From: Chrysomallon squamiferum
Taxonomy: Eukaryota; Animalia; Mollusca
Length of the DNA: 64,000 bases
NCBI GenBank assembly: GCA_012295275.1
Contig: CM022673.1
Coordinates: forward strand, 18,662,001-18,726,000
Direction: 5' to 3'
The notes beneath the pieces are model-generated. The model did no database searches, was not told the DNA's origin, and saw only the letters and a list, made by a program, of their open reading frames with translations. The position numbers and the translations under genes are program-made. Below are positions 41,793 to 56,895 of this stretch, in pieces. The stretch's first letter is position 1; each line of letters begins with the position of its first letter.

Positions 41793-44700
41793 TATTATTA
41801 TAGTCATCTTCACCTGTCATTAAAGTATTTTATTAATTTAATACAAGTTATGGAACTGATTTTCTGTTGAAGTAGTAAAACAAAATTTGGATTGATCTAC
41901 ATTTCAGGACGCTTGAGAAAAGCTGGAACTGTTTGAAAGCAGAAATAGAAAAGATGGCTGCGGCTCACATCAAGGCAGAAGCTTCCTTTCAGAAATACTA
42001 TGAAGATCTGAAGAAATTTGATGATGGCCAAATTATGAAAAAGAAAAATGTAATAATCTCATCTTTTTATGTCTCTTGCCCTGCTCACTTCACGGTGTAT
42101 ATAGTAGTGATACAAACCTGTTGAAAGAATCATTTAAGATAAAGTATGCCTGTTTTGTTCTTTTCCTTTCATGAAAAACGCCTTCTTTAATACTCTGATA
42201 ACAATAATTGGCATTTGTATGCCTTTGTTTTTATAATATTAACTCTTTGAACTATTTGACCTGGATTTTCTGGCATTGTATAGAGAGAGAGTTAAGTTTT
42301 GTGTTAATTAAAAAAGGATGGTTTAATATTTGACATTACTGTCATCCAGAATATGGAAATAAATACAGTAAAGTAAACTAAAAATGTCTTCATTTTTAAA
42401 CACGTTTGCTGAAATATATCTTGTAAAATAAATTTTGTTCTTCCTAATTGTATAGCTTGAAGAAACTATGAGAAAATACCAGCAGAATAAGAATAGCCTG
42501 TACTCCAAGTGCATGTCTGTAAGTATAACTGAGTAATCACCATTTACTAGCAAAAAATATATTAAAGAAGTGAAATAGAATAAAGATTTCTGCTAGTTAA
42601 TTAAACTTAGAATTGTTAGAATATAATTGCTTTAGTCAGTGTTTCATATTCTCTAAAATCTGAATAACAATAAGTATAACATATTTTGTAATTTTTTAGT
42701 TTGAAACAGTCACTTTGTAGGACAACAAAACACATTATAAATACATAATGTTAATGTCAGTAATATTTCTTATTTAAATCTCTGTGGTATATCAGTAGTT
42801 TTTGTTAAACCTTTCAGGAAATGAGGCTGTGCATGACAAAATTAATTATTTTCATTATTTTATTTCAGATTACAATCTCTGATGTAAATTTTAATTAATT
42901 AATACTCAATTTATGCATTTTAAATTATTCCCTTTTTTATGATGATATAAAAATATGAAAAGTAATAATAATACTACTATTGCTGACTGAAAAACAGAAA
43001 CAAATTCTTATAAATGGGCTTTTTTGTGTTTTGTTGCTTCTGTTTTTGAATTGTTAAATGCTAATACATTGATACTACAACTGAAAATATACAACATGTT
43101 ATAACATTACTCATCCATTATTTTTTAACAATATTAAAATAATAATTTGAAACTTTATATAAAGTGCATTGCATCAAGTGTTTTGTTATAAATCTGTGGT
43201 GTATTTTTTATATTTTTATTATTTTGTGTTTGTTTGTTTTCAGAGTAAGAAGAATTATGTACAGAAATGTCAGGAACGTGATGCAGCTAAAAATCAGTAC
43301 GAAGCAAACCACCAGTCGGTTACAATCACTGCTAAAGACTTGGACAAAGTAACTGGAATTTTAAAATTGTCATAATTTAACATTCACAGGTTTTAAACAC
43401 TAATGATCAAAATATGGCACGTTTTCAATTCATTACCTTCATGTTATATTTTCTTTTGTATGATAGTAACAGTAGTTTTGTTAGAAAATTCATTGTAAAA
43501 TTAAAACAATAAAATATTCTTTAATTTACTTTGAACCAGTGTTTAATCAACTGAAAAATTATGGTCACATGAAATAAAATTTAATAACAAACAGATTTTT
43601 CAAATTGTTAATGCTCTGTTACATTTCTGAAATCTGATTATTTTTTTATTTATTTATTTATTTATTAGTTACGAGTAAAGAAGGAGAAAGCAGATGAAGA
43701 GAAAAACAAAGCAGGTAAAACTGTTTAAAATACAAACTGTTAATTTTGTTAATAAATATAGATAAATTAGAGATAAACTGATATTAGTGATCAATAATCT
43801 GATTAAAACAATTCTACACAAACAGTTGTGGCAGCATATGGTTTCTACTCAAAAATGGATTTTATAGAGATATGCTAAGATACAAATATGTATTCAGTAA
43901 GCAGAAAACTAACATGATGGCTGTACTGTTTTCAGATACAGCGTATCGCAATTTGCTGGATACTTTAGAAAATGCCAGAATAGAGTGGGAGAAAGCAATG
44001 GACATTACTTGTGAGGTATTTTATCTTTTTTGTTGTTTTTCTTAAAGTAAAGCATCAAACTCTACAGAGGAATGGTAAACAAAGAAAACCTAGTTAAAAA
44101 TAAATTTAAATACAGTACAAAAAAAAATATAATATTTGGAAAATTATTATTATTACTTTTTTTAGTTCTTTTTTTTGCAATTGTTTTAATAGATTAGCTT
44201 GTGTAGATATCAATATCAGTTTTACTATTTTCATAACTATTTCACAGCTGTATTTATATAAGGATACTGATAACCAGAGCAGTGTAACATAAAAAGTGTA
44301 TGTTTATAAAGATTAATTATTAAAAGTGACTTCTATTTAACTATATATTTGAATGTTGGTACATTAAGAAAATTGTGTTTCAGGAATTCCAGAGAATGGA
44401 GGAGGCTCGTATTTCTTTCATGAGGGAGTACATGTGGATGGCAACAAACATTGACTCATTAAAAGCAGTTTTGCTTGATGAGGTATCCATTTTATATAAC
44501 AGTCCATTATTTGTGTGCCAAAGATATATACAAGTTCGTAATATTAGAATGTAAATCATTAAAATCTCTGAAATGTTTAATATTTGAAAACAGTCACACA
44601 TTATTACTGTGAGTGTCATTTTAAACTATCAAAAAATGGTTTGTATTAAAAAAGTAAACAAAGGCTATTTAAGGAATGATATTAAACTGCTCCTCAGTTT

Positions 44701-47700
44701 ATGTTTTTATCAAAAACTGCTATTGCACATTTACAATGAGATGAATTATTATGCATTCATGTGAAATGAATTATTCAATATCAGCTGTAAAACTCATATG
44801 TACTTTTTTCTTTGCTTCCTGGATTAAGTTTTAAGAAAAGAAAAACAGGTAAAAAAATGTGAGCAAAATTTACGTATATGTATGTATTTTGTTCTGTTTT
44901 GTATTGTGTCATCTAAAACATCACTGTTTTTGTGCTTGGAATTTCATGTCTGCAGTAGACAAATTAATTCAGTTCTTTTTAGCATGACGATAGTTTTACA
45001 GTGCACAGTGAAAAATAAATCAGAAAATAAGTTAGTAACATTGTTTGAGTTCACTTCAGTATGTAACTTTTTAAATTGAGTTTAATATCAAATTATAAAT
45101 TTAATCATGTTTGGAAGGAACGTCGATTAACAATTTAAATACCGATATTTATACTACATGTATGTTGTTATAATTTATTTAATAATACATATACTGAAAT
45201 ATAAAAATATATCTTTATATCCATCCATATGTATATCTGTGTGTGTGAAATAACAACAGATGAATACATACAGAGAGACATATATGGATATATGGAAGTA
45301 TATACATGTATGTATGGATGGATGGATGGATGTAAGGATGTACAGGTATGGATGGATGGATGGATGTAAGGATGTACAGGTATGTATAAACGGATGGATG
45401 GATGTAAGGATGTATAGGTATGTATGGATGGATGTAAGGATGTACAGGTATGTATAGATGGATGGATGGATGGATGTAAGGATGTACAGGTATGTATGGA
45501 TGGATGGATGGATGTACAGGTATGGATGGATGTAAGGATGTACAGGTATGTATGGATGGATGGATGGATGTACAGGTATGGATGGATGTAAGAATGTACA
45601 GGTATGTATGGATGGATGGATGGATGTAAGTATGTACAGGTATGTATAGACGGATGGATGTAAGGATGTACAGGTATGTATGGATGGATGGATGGATGGG
45701 TACAGGGATGGATGGATGTAAGGATGTACAGGTATGTATGGATGGATGGATGGATGGATGTACAGGTATGTATGGATGGATGGATGGATGGATGTACAGG
45801 TATGTATGGATGGATGTAAGGATGTACAGGTATGTATGGATGGATGGATGGATGGATGTACAGGTATGTATGGATGGATGTAAGGATGTACAGGTATGTA
45901 TGGATGGATGGATGTAAGGATGTACAGGTATGTATGGATGGATGGATGTAAGGATGTACAGGTATGTATGGATGGGATGGATGGATGGATGGATGGATGT
46001 AAGGATGTACATGTATGTATGGATGGATGGATGGATGGATGGATGGATGGATGTACAGGTATGTATGGATGGATGTAAGGATGTACAGGTATGTATGGAT
46101 GGATGTACAGGTATGTATGGATGGATGGATGAAAGGATGTACAGGTATGGATGGATGTAAGGATGTACAGGTATGTTGTTGTTTTGAGATATGAGTTGAT
46201 GCACAACAGTTGTTTTTAATTCATTGACTAATCACTTTTATTTCTTACAGTTAATCTTACAAAAGGTCACTGACAGCTGTTTTATTTTATTTTATTTCAT
46301 TTTATTTATAGTCACTGTTAACATAATATATTTAATATTAATGTAATTTTAATTTGAATTATTAATCATAAATTATTTGAAACCCAAACAGCAGTTGTTA
46401 CCGTTCATGTTAACTGTGGTGGATTTTTTTATTGTTTTTTGTTTTTATTTATTGTTTTCATAATCTAATGAGAATTATTTGTATTGTCATGAACAAAAAG
46501 ATGTATAATAATTTACTGTTACAGTCCTCTGAGAATATTCGACTGGTTCTAGAAACCTGTCAGATAGAGGAAGACATTTCACTTTTCATTGAAAAGTTCA
46601 TGACGGGGCAAGAGAGACCAGGTAACACAAACACTCAACAAGTATTTGAATACAAACTGTTTATATTTGTTTCAGATAATTCCTTTTTATATTACTAATA
46701 AACAAAGATATAAAAAAATATATACATTTAGGTATTTTCCACTTATTCAGTAGATAATTTTGAAATGTGAAATAAAAAATGAAACAAAATAACTTTACGT
46801 TTGCTCTAAACTTAGTTCATTAGCAGTTGTTGCTACTGTTTATATATTTATTGACTAAAATTACATTGGCTCATTTAAATTTTATTACTGGTATTTTTAA
46901 TTATTATTTTTTGGTATTTTTTCAGAAAAAATTGAATATGAAGATTTTTATGCCAACAGTTCCATGGACTACAATGGTAAACCACATACACATGTAAACC
47001 CTAAGAGAGCCCCACAACCTCTTCCATCACAGTTATCTAGACCACAACCTCCAAGGTCTCGACCTCCAGATGCCAGAATGGCAGAAGGTAATATTGTTGA
47101 TAAATAAAAGAACTGAAATTAGATGAAGCTGAAAATAGAGAACAGATCATTTGAAAATGTTGGACCTAAATATATGTATAGTGAATATATTCTTGTTTTT
47201 CAGTGATTTTGTTTTTATTTTCAGCTAGGTCTCAGAAATATGATTGGTTTATTTTTATAGATGTGTATATTTTCTGATTGATAGCTATGATATAATATAG
47301 ATAAACTATTATTGTAACAAATAGGTATGTGGATAAAACAAGTTAGAAGTTGAAATCACTTTTCTTTTCTTTCTTCAGATTCTTTATATAGCACTGTAGA
47401 TAACAATGGTAAGTTTTATTACTGTTTTTTCCATAACTAAATAAACTTTCACATGATAAATCAAACAATAAATAAATAATTAGTAGTAAAGAACCATGTC
47501 AAATTTTAGTTAACATTTAATATCTTGTAGTTCATTTAATTTATTATTAGCTGCAATGTTAAAAATAAATAGATGATAATAATAAAGTAATTAAAGAGAT
47601 GTTTTTTGTTTTTTAATGAAGTAACAATGTCTTTGTGTGGCATGTTTCAGATCCAATGTATTTTACTGTGGAGAAGTCTGGTAAGCAGCAATATGTGTGA

Positions 47701-49728
47701 ACATGGTGTGAGGTGTATAGAAAGTAGATTATTTCATAATGTAGTGTTTGTAAGCCTTGCCAGATGCTGAATTAGTGCATCTTTTCAGTCATTCATGTGT
47801 GGAAACAATAGTAATTAGTATAACTAATTAACTGTTACTTTCTAGTAATTAATACAGTGGGTATTATTACTTTTAACTAAAGATTTCAGTTCAAATGTCA
47901 ACTGATGTTTTATCATTCAGTTTTTGTTTTTAATGTTGTCGTTGTTGTTGTTGTTATTAAGTATTTCTTTGAAATAAGTTGAAATATTGTTCTGATTATT
48001 GATTTTGACTCTTATTCATCAATCCTTGAGACACTTTTACATCATGTGAGCACTTTTAGAAATTTTTAGTTCTGGTTTATGGAATATTAAATATACTTCA
48101 TTAACAAACACTAACAGAAAATAACAGGTTGATTTATTTAGTCCCTCAATTTTTTATTTATTTATATTTTTTTTATCTCTTCCTTCCTTTCTTTAATTAT
48201 TTATTTATTTACTTACTTACTTATTTATTACCCCAGTGTTTATTCTTTTTTCTTGATTTTTTTCATTTTTATTTTTTGAATGTTTTTCTGACTTCATCTT
48301 TTTTCATTGATGTATTTTAACTGATTTTTGTCATTGTTTAAATTTGTGTGTTAATTTCTGAAGGAGCTATATGGCCTCATGATACACTGATGTTAATGTT
48401 TTTTATCAGAACGTTTCCAACTTCAACTTAGTAAACGTCTTTTCAGTATTAATTTGGAGCTATTTTGAAGGGGATTTGTTTTTATTTATTTTCATTGTTT
48501 TGTTGTTGTTGTTTCTTTATTTATTTTTTTATTTTTCATTCTTTTTCATTTATTTTTTTGCTTAATTATTTATTTATTTTGTTGAGAGGGATAGGGGTGT
48601 GTTTCAGTATCTTAATTAAATTGTAGTGGCATATAAATATTTTTGTCCCAAATTTTACCAAAGAAAATAAATTCTTTACTGAAATTACCTGAGATATATC
48701 ATTCTAAAATTCCATCACAAATTTAAAAATATTAATTAAATGCATAGCCAAAACATATTGTCCAGCATAATGAGGATTTATAATACCATTACAGATTAAC
48801 CACATAGATAAAATCTATCTCCAGTCAAAATGTGAAAACTTAGGGCTTGTTATAGCATTCCTGTTCAACCAGTTTATAACACTGCTGCATCTCTCTTTTA
48901 CTGTTGTGCCTGCACTCTCTATAGCAAGCACTTCATCCACAGATGCCAGTATTCCCATGGATGTTGAAATTCAAAACCGGTCACTGGAGAGGAGGGAAGA
49001 TACAGTTGTCTCCCCTATGTTGTACTCCGGTATGTTCACTGTGATTCATCCATATGTAGCGCAGGTATATTTTAACATGTTTAACTTCTAACACTTGTGT
49101 TTCCTTGCATGTCACCAGCTTCTGTATTTATAGCTCTTTCAGAGCCAAACTTAACATTAATTTGTTTTTATACTTGGTTTATTTCACACTGTTATTGTTC
49201 TCTTTTTTGTTGGTGCTTGGTTTTGAATTTTTCAAAATATTGATTTTTTTAAAAATCATTTTTCAAACCACAGTTTATTTTAAAGTGGATGAAAATTATA
49301 ATCTTACTGATTATTAATATTTTATATATTAACAAAAGTAATGAAAGGACAGATACTGAATCTATCATCAGAGCATAAGTGTATTAAACTGCTGGATTAT
49401 TGGCCAGTTTTAATGCTTTTTATCAAATATCACAATTAATATTTCAAATAATGTTCACACCAAGAGATTTCAATATTAACATTTTGTATACAGTCAAAAT
49501 ATTTAAAATACAGCAAGTGGTGATTTTAATTTACCTTTTATAATTCAGTTAAAATAGAATTAGATGTTTTCTGGGGTTTTTGATAATAATATTGTTATCT
49601 TATTTTGGTTTATTTTGGTTTATTTTGATTTATTGGTTCATTGTATCAGATAGAAGTAAACAAACACATCATTCAGTTACATCTTACAACGATACAAATG
49701 CACACATATTTATGTTCATACACGTGTA

Positions 49729-49768
<40 letters not shown>

Positions 49769-50359
49769 CATACACATACATACACACACAAATATGCACA
49801 GACACAGATACAATACTCACATTTTCACACATAAACATAAACACAATTACTTCTAAATTAATTTTATATATATTTTTTGACAATTTTAAACATTTTTGCT
49901 TATTAATACATTTCTTAATCCTATCCTTTATATTTGTGTTTATCCATACTTTATGAAATGCAGGACTTTTTATACATTATGTTTAGCTCAATAACAAAAA
50001 ATGTTGTTTTAATTTTCACCATGTTTATTTTTAATCATTTGCTTTAAGTCTGAAGTACTGATTTGAAATAAAAGTTATTTATGAAGACACACACACATAT
50101 ACATACACACAAATATTATTTTAATGTTATTTTGTGTTTAATTTTATTTTACTTATCCAATGATGAAAATACTCTTGTTTAATAACAATTCTTGTTCAAT
50201 TCACTAAATTTTATCCAATTACATTTTTCTATAAAAAGAAATTATTGATAGATTTGCCATATATTAATTTTTTTCATAGAAAAAAAATCAACATTTCATA
50301 ATTAAATGCTTCTGAAAAACTAAATGCAGACAATATAATTTATTCATTAAATGTATAGT

Positions 50360-50423
<64 letters not shown>

Positions 50424-50820
50424 GGAATATAAATATCACAGTATTTATTTCAATCGCTTTTATTATTTATTTTAAATTAATTGACTCCCAACAAATCAGA
50501 CTGTAATTTTAAGATTCTTTTTCTCTATTCATTTATCTAATGAATTTTTTTTTTTTTTTTTAATTATTATTTATTTCTAAGAATACACATTTAAATTTGA
50601 TGCTCCACTTATTATGACTTTTGTTGTTTTACAGAACGTCTCTGAGTTGACTGTAACCACAGGATCCAAGGTGAAATTGGTTCGCAGAATGAAGAATGGA
50701 TTTATTCAGGTAGTTGAGCAGGGAACAACAAAATATGGGCTTATTCCAGAAAGGGTCGTGCAGAAGTGTCAAGAAGCCCAGTCACAAGACGACAACACTC
50801 TGTTAATTGACTTCTCATGA
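39926..50820 (+). CDS. PSTPIP1: PSTPIP1/2-like F-BAR domain protein with a divergent C-terminal SH3
   Basis: 15 coding exons: 39926-39961, 40686-40786, 41616-41690, 41908-42049, 42456-42518, 43244-43348, 43669-43714, 43936-44015, 44384-44482, 46525-46621, 46926-47087, 47379-47408, 47651-47680, 48925-49064, 50635-50820. Translation [53 protein letters not shown]...[11 protein letters not shown]...[32 protein letters not shown]...TGQERP follows the PSTPIP F-BAR pattern. Confidence 0.88.
45305..46175. repeat. Compound minisatellite ((GGAT)n-gtaaggatgtacaggtatgtat) in a PSTPIP-like intron
   Basis: Tandem units of about 25-35 bp with a variable GGAT count. This is the source of the spurious 343/329-aa ORFs. 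Confidence 0.93.
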
Positions 50821-53800
50821 TTGCTTCCTTGATTTTCTTGTTGTTTATTTTTGTTGTTGTTGATTTCTCTGTTGATATAAAACTTCTATTTTACTTTGTT
50901 TTTGTCATGAAGAGCCTTTTCTGTTATTTTAATTTTAACTGTGTTCTTAAGTTGTTATCACAATTGTTTTAACAAACTGCTACATCTAAGTATGTGATAT
51001 ATTATTAGCATAGAAACAGACATTTATAATTTCTATAATTAACAGATATTTATTTCATCTCTGCTGTTGTTAATTAATATAAAAAGAGATAATGAAATAT
51101 ATTTATTTTGTTCTGTTACTTTGGATTTTTTTTTTAATGTTTTTGTTCATATTTTATAGCAGTAAACTGTGTTCATGTTAATTTATATAAAGAAAGTAAC
51201 TGGCAGATTCTGTCTTGATCACAGGAAACAGATTTGTGTAAAAGTGTTGAGTACGTATCTTTGTGTTACTCTTTTTCTTTGTGTATAAAACTATGCAGGA
51301 GTTTTATTTTACTTTTCGTTTATTTTTAATTATTTATTTCTTCTTTATTTTTTTCTTTTTTTTTTTGCGTAAGTGTTTGTGTGTATATGTCTGAGTTCAT
51401 ATGTTTATTTGTCTGTCTCAGTATAACTAATTAAAATGTATGATTATAAAAGACAATACATGACAAACATATACAACAGATTTATTTTTCTACTTAAAAT
51501 ATAAATTTAATATGAATTTAATGAATTTTCAGATAATGTAGATTTACTAACAGAATATATTAGATCTATTTACAAAACATTGATAAATGATAAAATTGTC
51601 TTGAGTAACATCAAAGAATATCAGGGTATATAGCAAGTGTTATGTGTAGCCAGCACTCAATAGCTAAATAAGATGTGACTGATAAAAATGATATTTAAAA
51701 AAAAAAAAAAAGATTTCTTGTTATTGGAGACTAAAGTTGAACATCATTTTATCACAAATCTGGACCGTTTTTTTTTATACAGATTAATTAGAGACATTTA
51801 ACAGCTTTATAAATTCAGTTCATCTTTAGTAATTGAGCATTAACACTGCAGTAATTTTTTTAATTACCAGTTCACTGAGATTTAATGTTTTAATAACTAA
51901 AAGGGTAGTTTTGATATTATACTAATATATTTTATATACATTTTTTATTATTTGTGTGTGTGTACAACAATATATTTCTGTTATCACTATTATGTATATA
52001 TTTATAGTATATTACAAACTGTATAATGATTTGGTGATTAAGATTAATTTTGCTCAGTTTTAAATAATGTAATCCTTAATTTAAGAAATCTGCTTTATAT
52101 AACAGCTATATAATTATGTATATTAATAAAATGATAAATATATCCTGTCATTGAGCCATATTAACATTTCAACTTCTGTTTAATAGTTGAAATACTTTTT
52201 TTATGTAATATATTTTGACCAATATGTTTATGGATACTTCTGATGTATTTATAGTTGAATGTATGGATACTTTATCTGTACCTATGTGTGTATATGGATA
52301 GTTCAGTGGAGCATGCAGATTCTGTAGTTGTTGCAGTTATTAAATGGTGCTTACAGTATATTCCTATCTTCATTAACTGGCTATCACTAACTGCAGTGCA
52401 ATTTCATGATTGAAATACTTTTAGAAGTCTTAGTTGTTTAACATTTCATTACATTATGAATTATTGAACTTTATATTGAAAGTGAAAGTGTTAACGATAC
52501 AGCTTTTAGTTTGTTCTTCTCTTTGATCTGACAGTCAGTAACTCTCAGAGTTCCTGCCTGATTATTTAACAATTAAATATAGACAGCTGTATTTTGTGAA
52601 ATAAAACAAATTAGCAACTGAAAATGTTAAATATTGACTGACATCTTCAATATGAATGACACTTCAAAGGAAAAACTCAGTTTGTTTTAATATTTTACTA
52701 ATTTACATTTACTATCTTAGCACTGTGTTATTAAATAATTCTTATAAATTTGTGATACTTGTATGTTAATAGTATGTTAATGCCTTTGCCATCTTAATAT
52801 AATAACAATGATTGAAAAATATATATATATATATTTAATACCTCAAATTATACAACTTTCTGTAAATTTTACTGTTCTTAATATAAATTTACTGTTAGCC
52901 AAATTGTTAGGCTCCATTCTTTTAAAACATTTTTTTTTTAATTTTTTAATTTTCTTATTTCATATGATTTTTTTTATCATTTATGTAAATTATATTCCTG
53001 TCTCAAATTGTTTTTATAGTAGGATATATTTTAATTATTTCAGTTATATATTAGTCATCTTGACATTTTGTCATACATTTCAAAGAGCTACAAGAAGCAG
53101 TTTTCTTTTCAATCTGCTGAGGTATTTAATTTTATAAAATGTAAACCACTACAAACTGGGATTGCGTGATCTCAGCATTGTAACCCACATTTATTTCATT
53201 TACATAAATTAGAAGATTTTTTTCTTATTTGTCTTCTTTTTTTAAAGGCTGATTTATTATATTTTTAAAAATATTTATATTATTTATTCCCTACTGAATA
53301 AAGGTTTTAGAAGATAATTAGAGAATTAACATATCTATTTTTGTTGTACTTTTTCATGTGTAGATTTAAAAATCTCTAATTAATACCTGAGAATTGAGAT
53401 GCCAAGAATTTGTTTTTGTGCCAAACAGATGTAGAATTAGATATTGATTGTATTCACGTTATCTTGTAAACATTTTGTTTCCTTTTTTCTTTTTCCATTG
53501 TTTTATATAGGCAGAGTAAAAATGTAATTTCACTTTACAGAGTTAATTTGATATTGTTGAACTTTCAATTATATCTTCTTGTATTCATTTTTATCTCCTC
53601 TTTATTTATTTATCAGCCAGATTAACAAAACAAATGATAAATTTTCAGAAAAAGAGAATAAAAACAGAAGCTCTAAACATCAAAAGATGTATTCAGTTAA
53701 CATGTTTACAGAAATTACAAAAATGTTTCTCTTCAAACAGCTTTAATCATCTTTAATTTATTTATTTTTATTAAAATTGAATGTTTCCAATCTGAAGTTG

Positions 53801-54798
53801 TTTTGTTAAAGCTAGTTGCTTACTTGGTTTTGTGACAGCAATAATGTGTTTACTGTAAAAGATATTTGAGAGAGGTTTTTGTTTTTAATATATGTATACA
53901 TTATGTATCCCTACATGTAATATTTTTATTTATCCATATATTATATGGTCAAGTGTAATTTCTGTATATTTTATGTTTTCTTTCAACTTGCAGTTTTAAA
54001 CCACCAGTTACAGATAAATATATTTTTGTTGTTTACTTAATGATTTTACTGAAGAATGTTTTGAATGTATGTGACAGCTGAAAATTTCCACGCCATTCAT
54101 TACACAACTACAAATGAGAAATATTTAAAATAACAAAAAGAAATGATTTAAACTATTACAGAAACTGATGATTGTTCAGCAGGATAAAGTGATGCAATCA
54201 AATCTTGTTAGATAGAAGTAATTTCACAAATACATTTCACATACATGACAGTCACTGGTGATTTGTATGTGTTTAAGATTTACTTTTGCATATATTCATT
54301 TGTAATAAAAGTAAATATGATGATGTTTTTAAATAGAAAATAGAAGAAATTTGTGGAGTTTTTTAATCAAAATAATATTTAAACATTATACACTGTTTCA
54401 GAATGTGCTTTTAAAAAACATAAACAAATGAAGTTTTACAAATTCATCTACATCATCTTATCTGCAAAGGTCAAAAACAGCTAACTGTTTGCTGTTATGA
54501 ACAATTCAGATAGCATGTAAAATTGATATTTTACATTTTTAAAGTAATTTTTTAAATAATATCACCCATGCACACATACATATATACACACAAATAAATT
54601 TATATATGAAAGTTTATTATAATGAAATGCTTATATATTTAAACTATTAATGAGCTTTTCGGTTAGATTAACTGCTTACTGTTATCTTATTACAATCATA
54701 ATCACTATAGCAGATCTTGTTATCATAACCACTGTGTTTTACTTTTCTGAGTAAATCTGAGGTGAAACTGAGGTGTTGTTTTTTTCTGTTTAACTTTA

Positions 54799-54854
<56 letters not shown>

Positions 54855-55128
54855 AAGACAGACATAAATGTATGCACATAGGAACAAACATTATGTTTTT
54901 GAGGTAAAATAAATTACATTTAAATCTGAATAAAGAAATTTCAGTGTGAAATGTATTCAGCTGTAAATTTGAAGTGAATGTTTGTTTTAGTTTACAATTA
55001 TAATTAAATATCTTTAAAGGACTATTTTATTTTGAACAACTCAGTCTTTTGTCACTTGTATTCCTGACATAAATAAACATATTCTATAAAAGAAAATCGT
55101 TGAGATGTATGGATTGGGGTAACAGATG

Positions 55129-55264
55129 TGACGTCGTAGGAAGTTTTGAACGATTATTATTTTGTGCAGAACTCTGCAGTGACAATATAATTATAACAAC
55201 AACAACGTGACGTCCATACAGTTATTAATTAACTTTTAGTGTTTGACACAGAGAAGCGAAACAG
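55129..55264 (+). promoter_or_regulatory. Putative promoter and non-coding first exon of the CCCCVF peptide gene
   Basis: Two CRE-like TGACGTC sites (55129-55135, 55208-55214) and a donor CAG|gtaaac at 55264. The matching acceptor tttcag lies 5 nt before ATG 55784. Confidence 0.4.
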
Positions 55265-55783
55265 GTAAACGGAAAATTATTATTGCTTTTGTTGTTTTTA
55301 TTCACGTTATTGTTAGTGTTTATTAACTGTTGACAGTACATAGATACGTGCTTATACATACGCATACATACAGATAGGTAGACATGTATACATACATACA
55401 CATACATAAATACATGCATACATACAGATAGGTAGATATACATACATACATACAATCATACGTATATACGTACATTTATACATGCATATATTTATACATC
55501 CATATAGACAGACAAAAAAAACACATACACATAGATGCATACATTATATCCAATAAACACATGTATACATATTGAGCTTGTTACTGTTTATTTTTTAAGA
55601 TGTTTTATTCGAGTTTTCTGCCATTACTATTTCAGTTTTGTTACTACTGGTGTTTCAAGATAATTCTCTGATTTTTATCAGCTCTGAATATCATATATTC
55701 TGTGCATGTTAGTTATAAACTTCAGCGGTAATACCAGTCAGTGAATATAAATATTTTACCTGAAATGTTACATTTCAGCCGTG

Positions 55784-56503
55784 ATGAAGTTAGGACATTT
55801 GCTCATTCTATCGCTCTTTCTGCTTCTAACGACCAACACGTTTTTAAACGTGGATGCGTTCCCTGCACGTGAGTATATCAAAAAAATAAACAACTTACAC
55901 TGTGCATTAAACATTTAACATGTAATAAATACTTCGAGATTGATTGTTAGTCTCTTATCGCAATCTCTTTAAGGGAAAAGGTAAAGTGAAACAGAGTTGA
56001 TTAGCAACTACTTCGTTTTAAATGAATCTCGCACATACGGATATATAAACAATTAAGAGGCAGTAAGTTCTTTTTCTCAAACCATCTCAATACGTCAAGT
56101 TCATGTTTTGATCAAAATGAAAAATGTACCTTGGTCAGATAAATATCATGAAAACAGTGAAACAAAAGTGATTCTAAAAATATTCCTAATATAATACACA
56201 ACAATTCTGTACAGGACAATGCAATACAATACAGTACAATTCAGTACAATACAATATAAATAAAAATAGATTTGAACAGCGTACTTACCAGTACTGTGCC
56301 TCCATTCATTTGATCTGAATTAAAACTTAATCGATATTTTTCCTATCAAAGATAAAATAGAGTTAGTTCATATTTTTCAACTATCAGCAAAAAAAACTTA
56401 AAAGAAAACCTACTGGTTTGCTAACAATATCCTTTGTGTGACGTAAACAGTAACGCAGCATTAGACTGTTTAATATGACTACTTCGGGGATCGACAAGGT
56501 ATG

Positions 56504-56564
<61 letters not shown>

Positions 56565-56663
56565 ATATAACATGTTTCATAAAGGATACCGACGAATGAT
56601 ATTTCGAATAAATAGCACTAATGCTTATTACTAGTAGTAAAACAAGTAAATTAAGTAGTTGTG

Positions 56664-56719
<56 letters not shown>

Positions 56720-56841
56720 TGTTGTTGTTGTTGTTGTTGTTGTTGGAGCAGTAGGAAAAGTAAATATACCTTATATAAAGTAGTCACGATTATAGGAATA
56801 AATAGCCCAAACATATTTTTTATACTTCCACATTATTATTA

Positions 56842-56895
<54 letters not shown>

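Noticed and set aside
45175-46206. 343-aa and 329-aa minus-strand ORFs ([10 protein letters not shown] repeats)
   Set aside because: Translation of an intronic GGAT-based minisatellite; open frames arise from the lack of stops in the repeat unit.
50821-54400. Long AT-rich stretch with short ORFs after the PSTPIP-like stop
   Set aside because: Consistent with 3' UTR or intergenic DNA; the ORFs are low-complexity F/I/L-rich artefacts.
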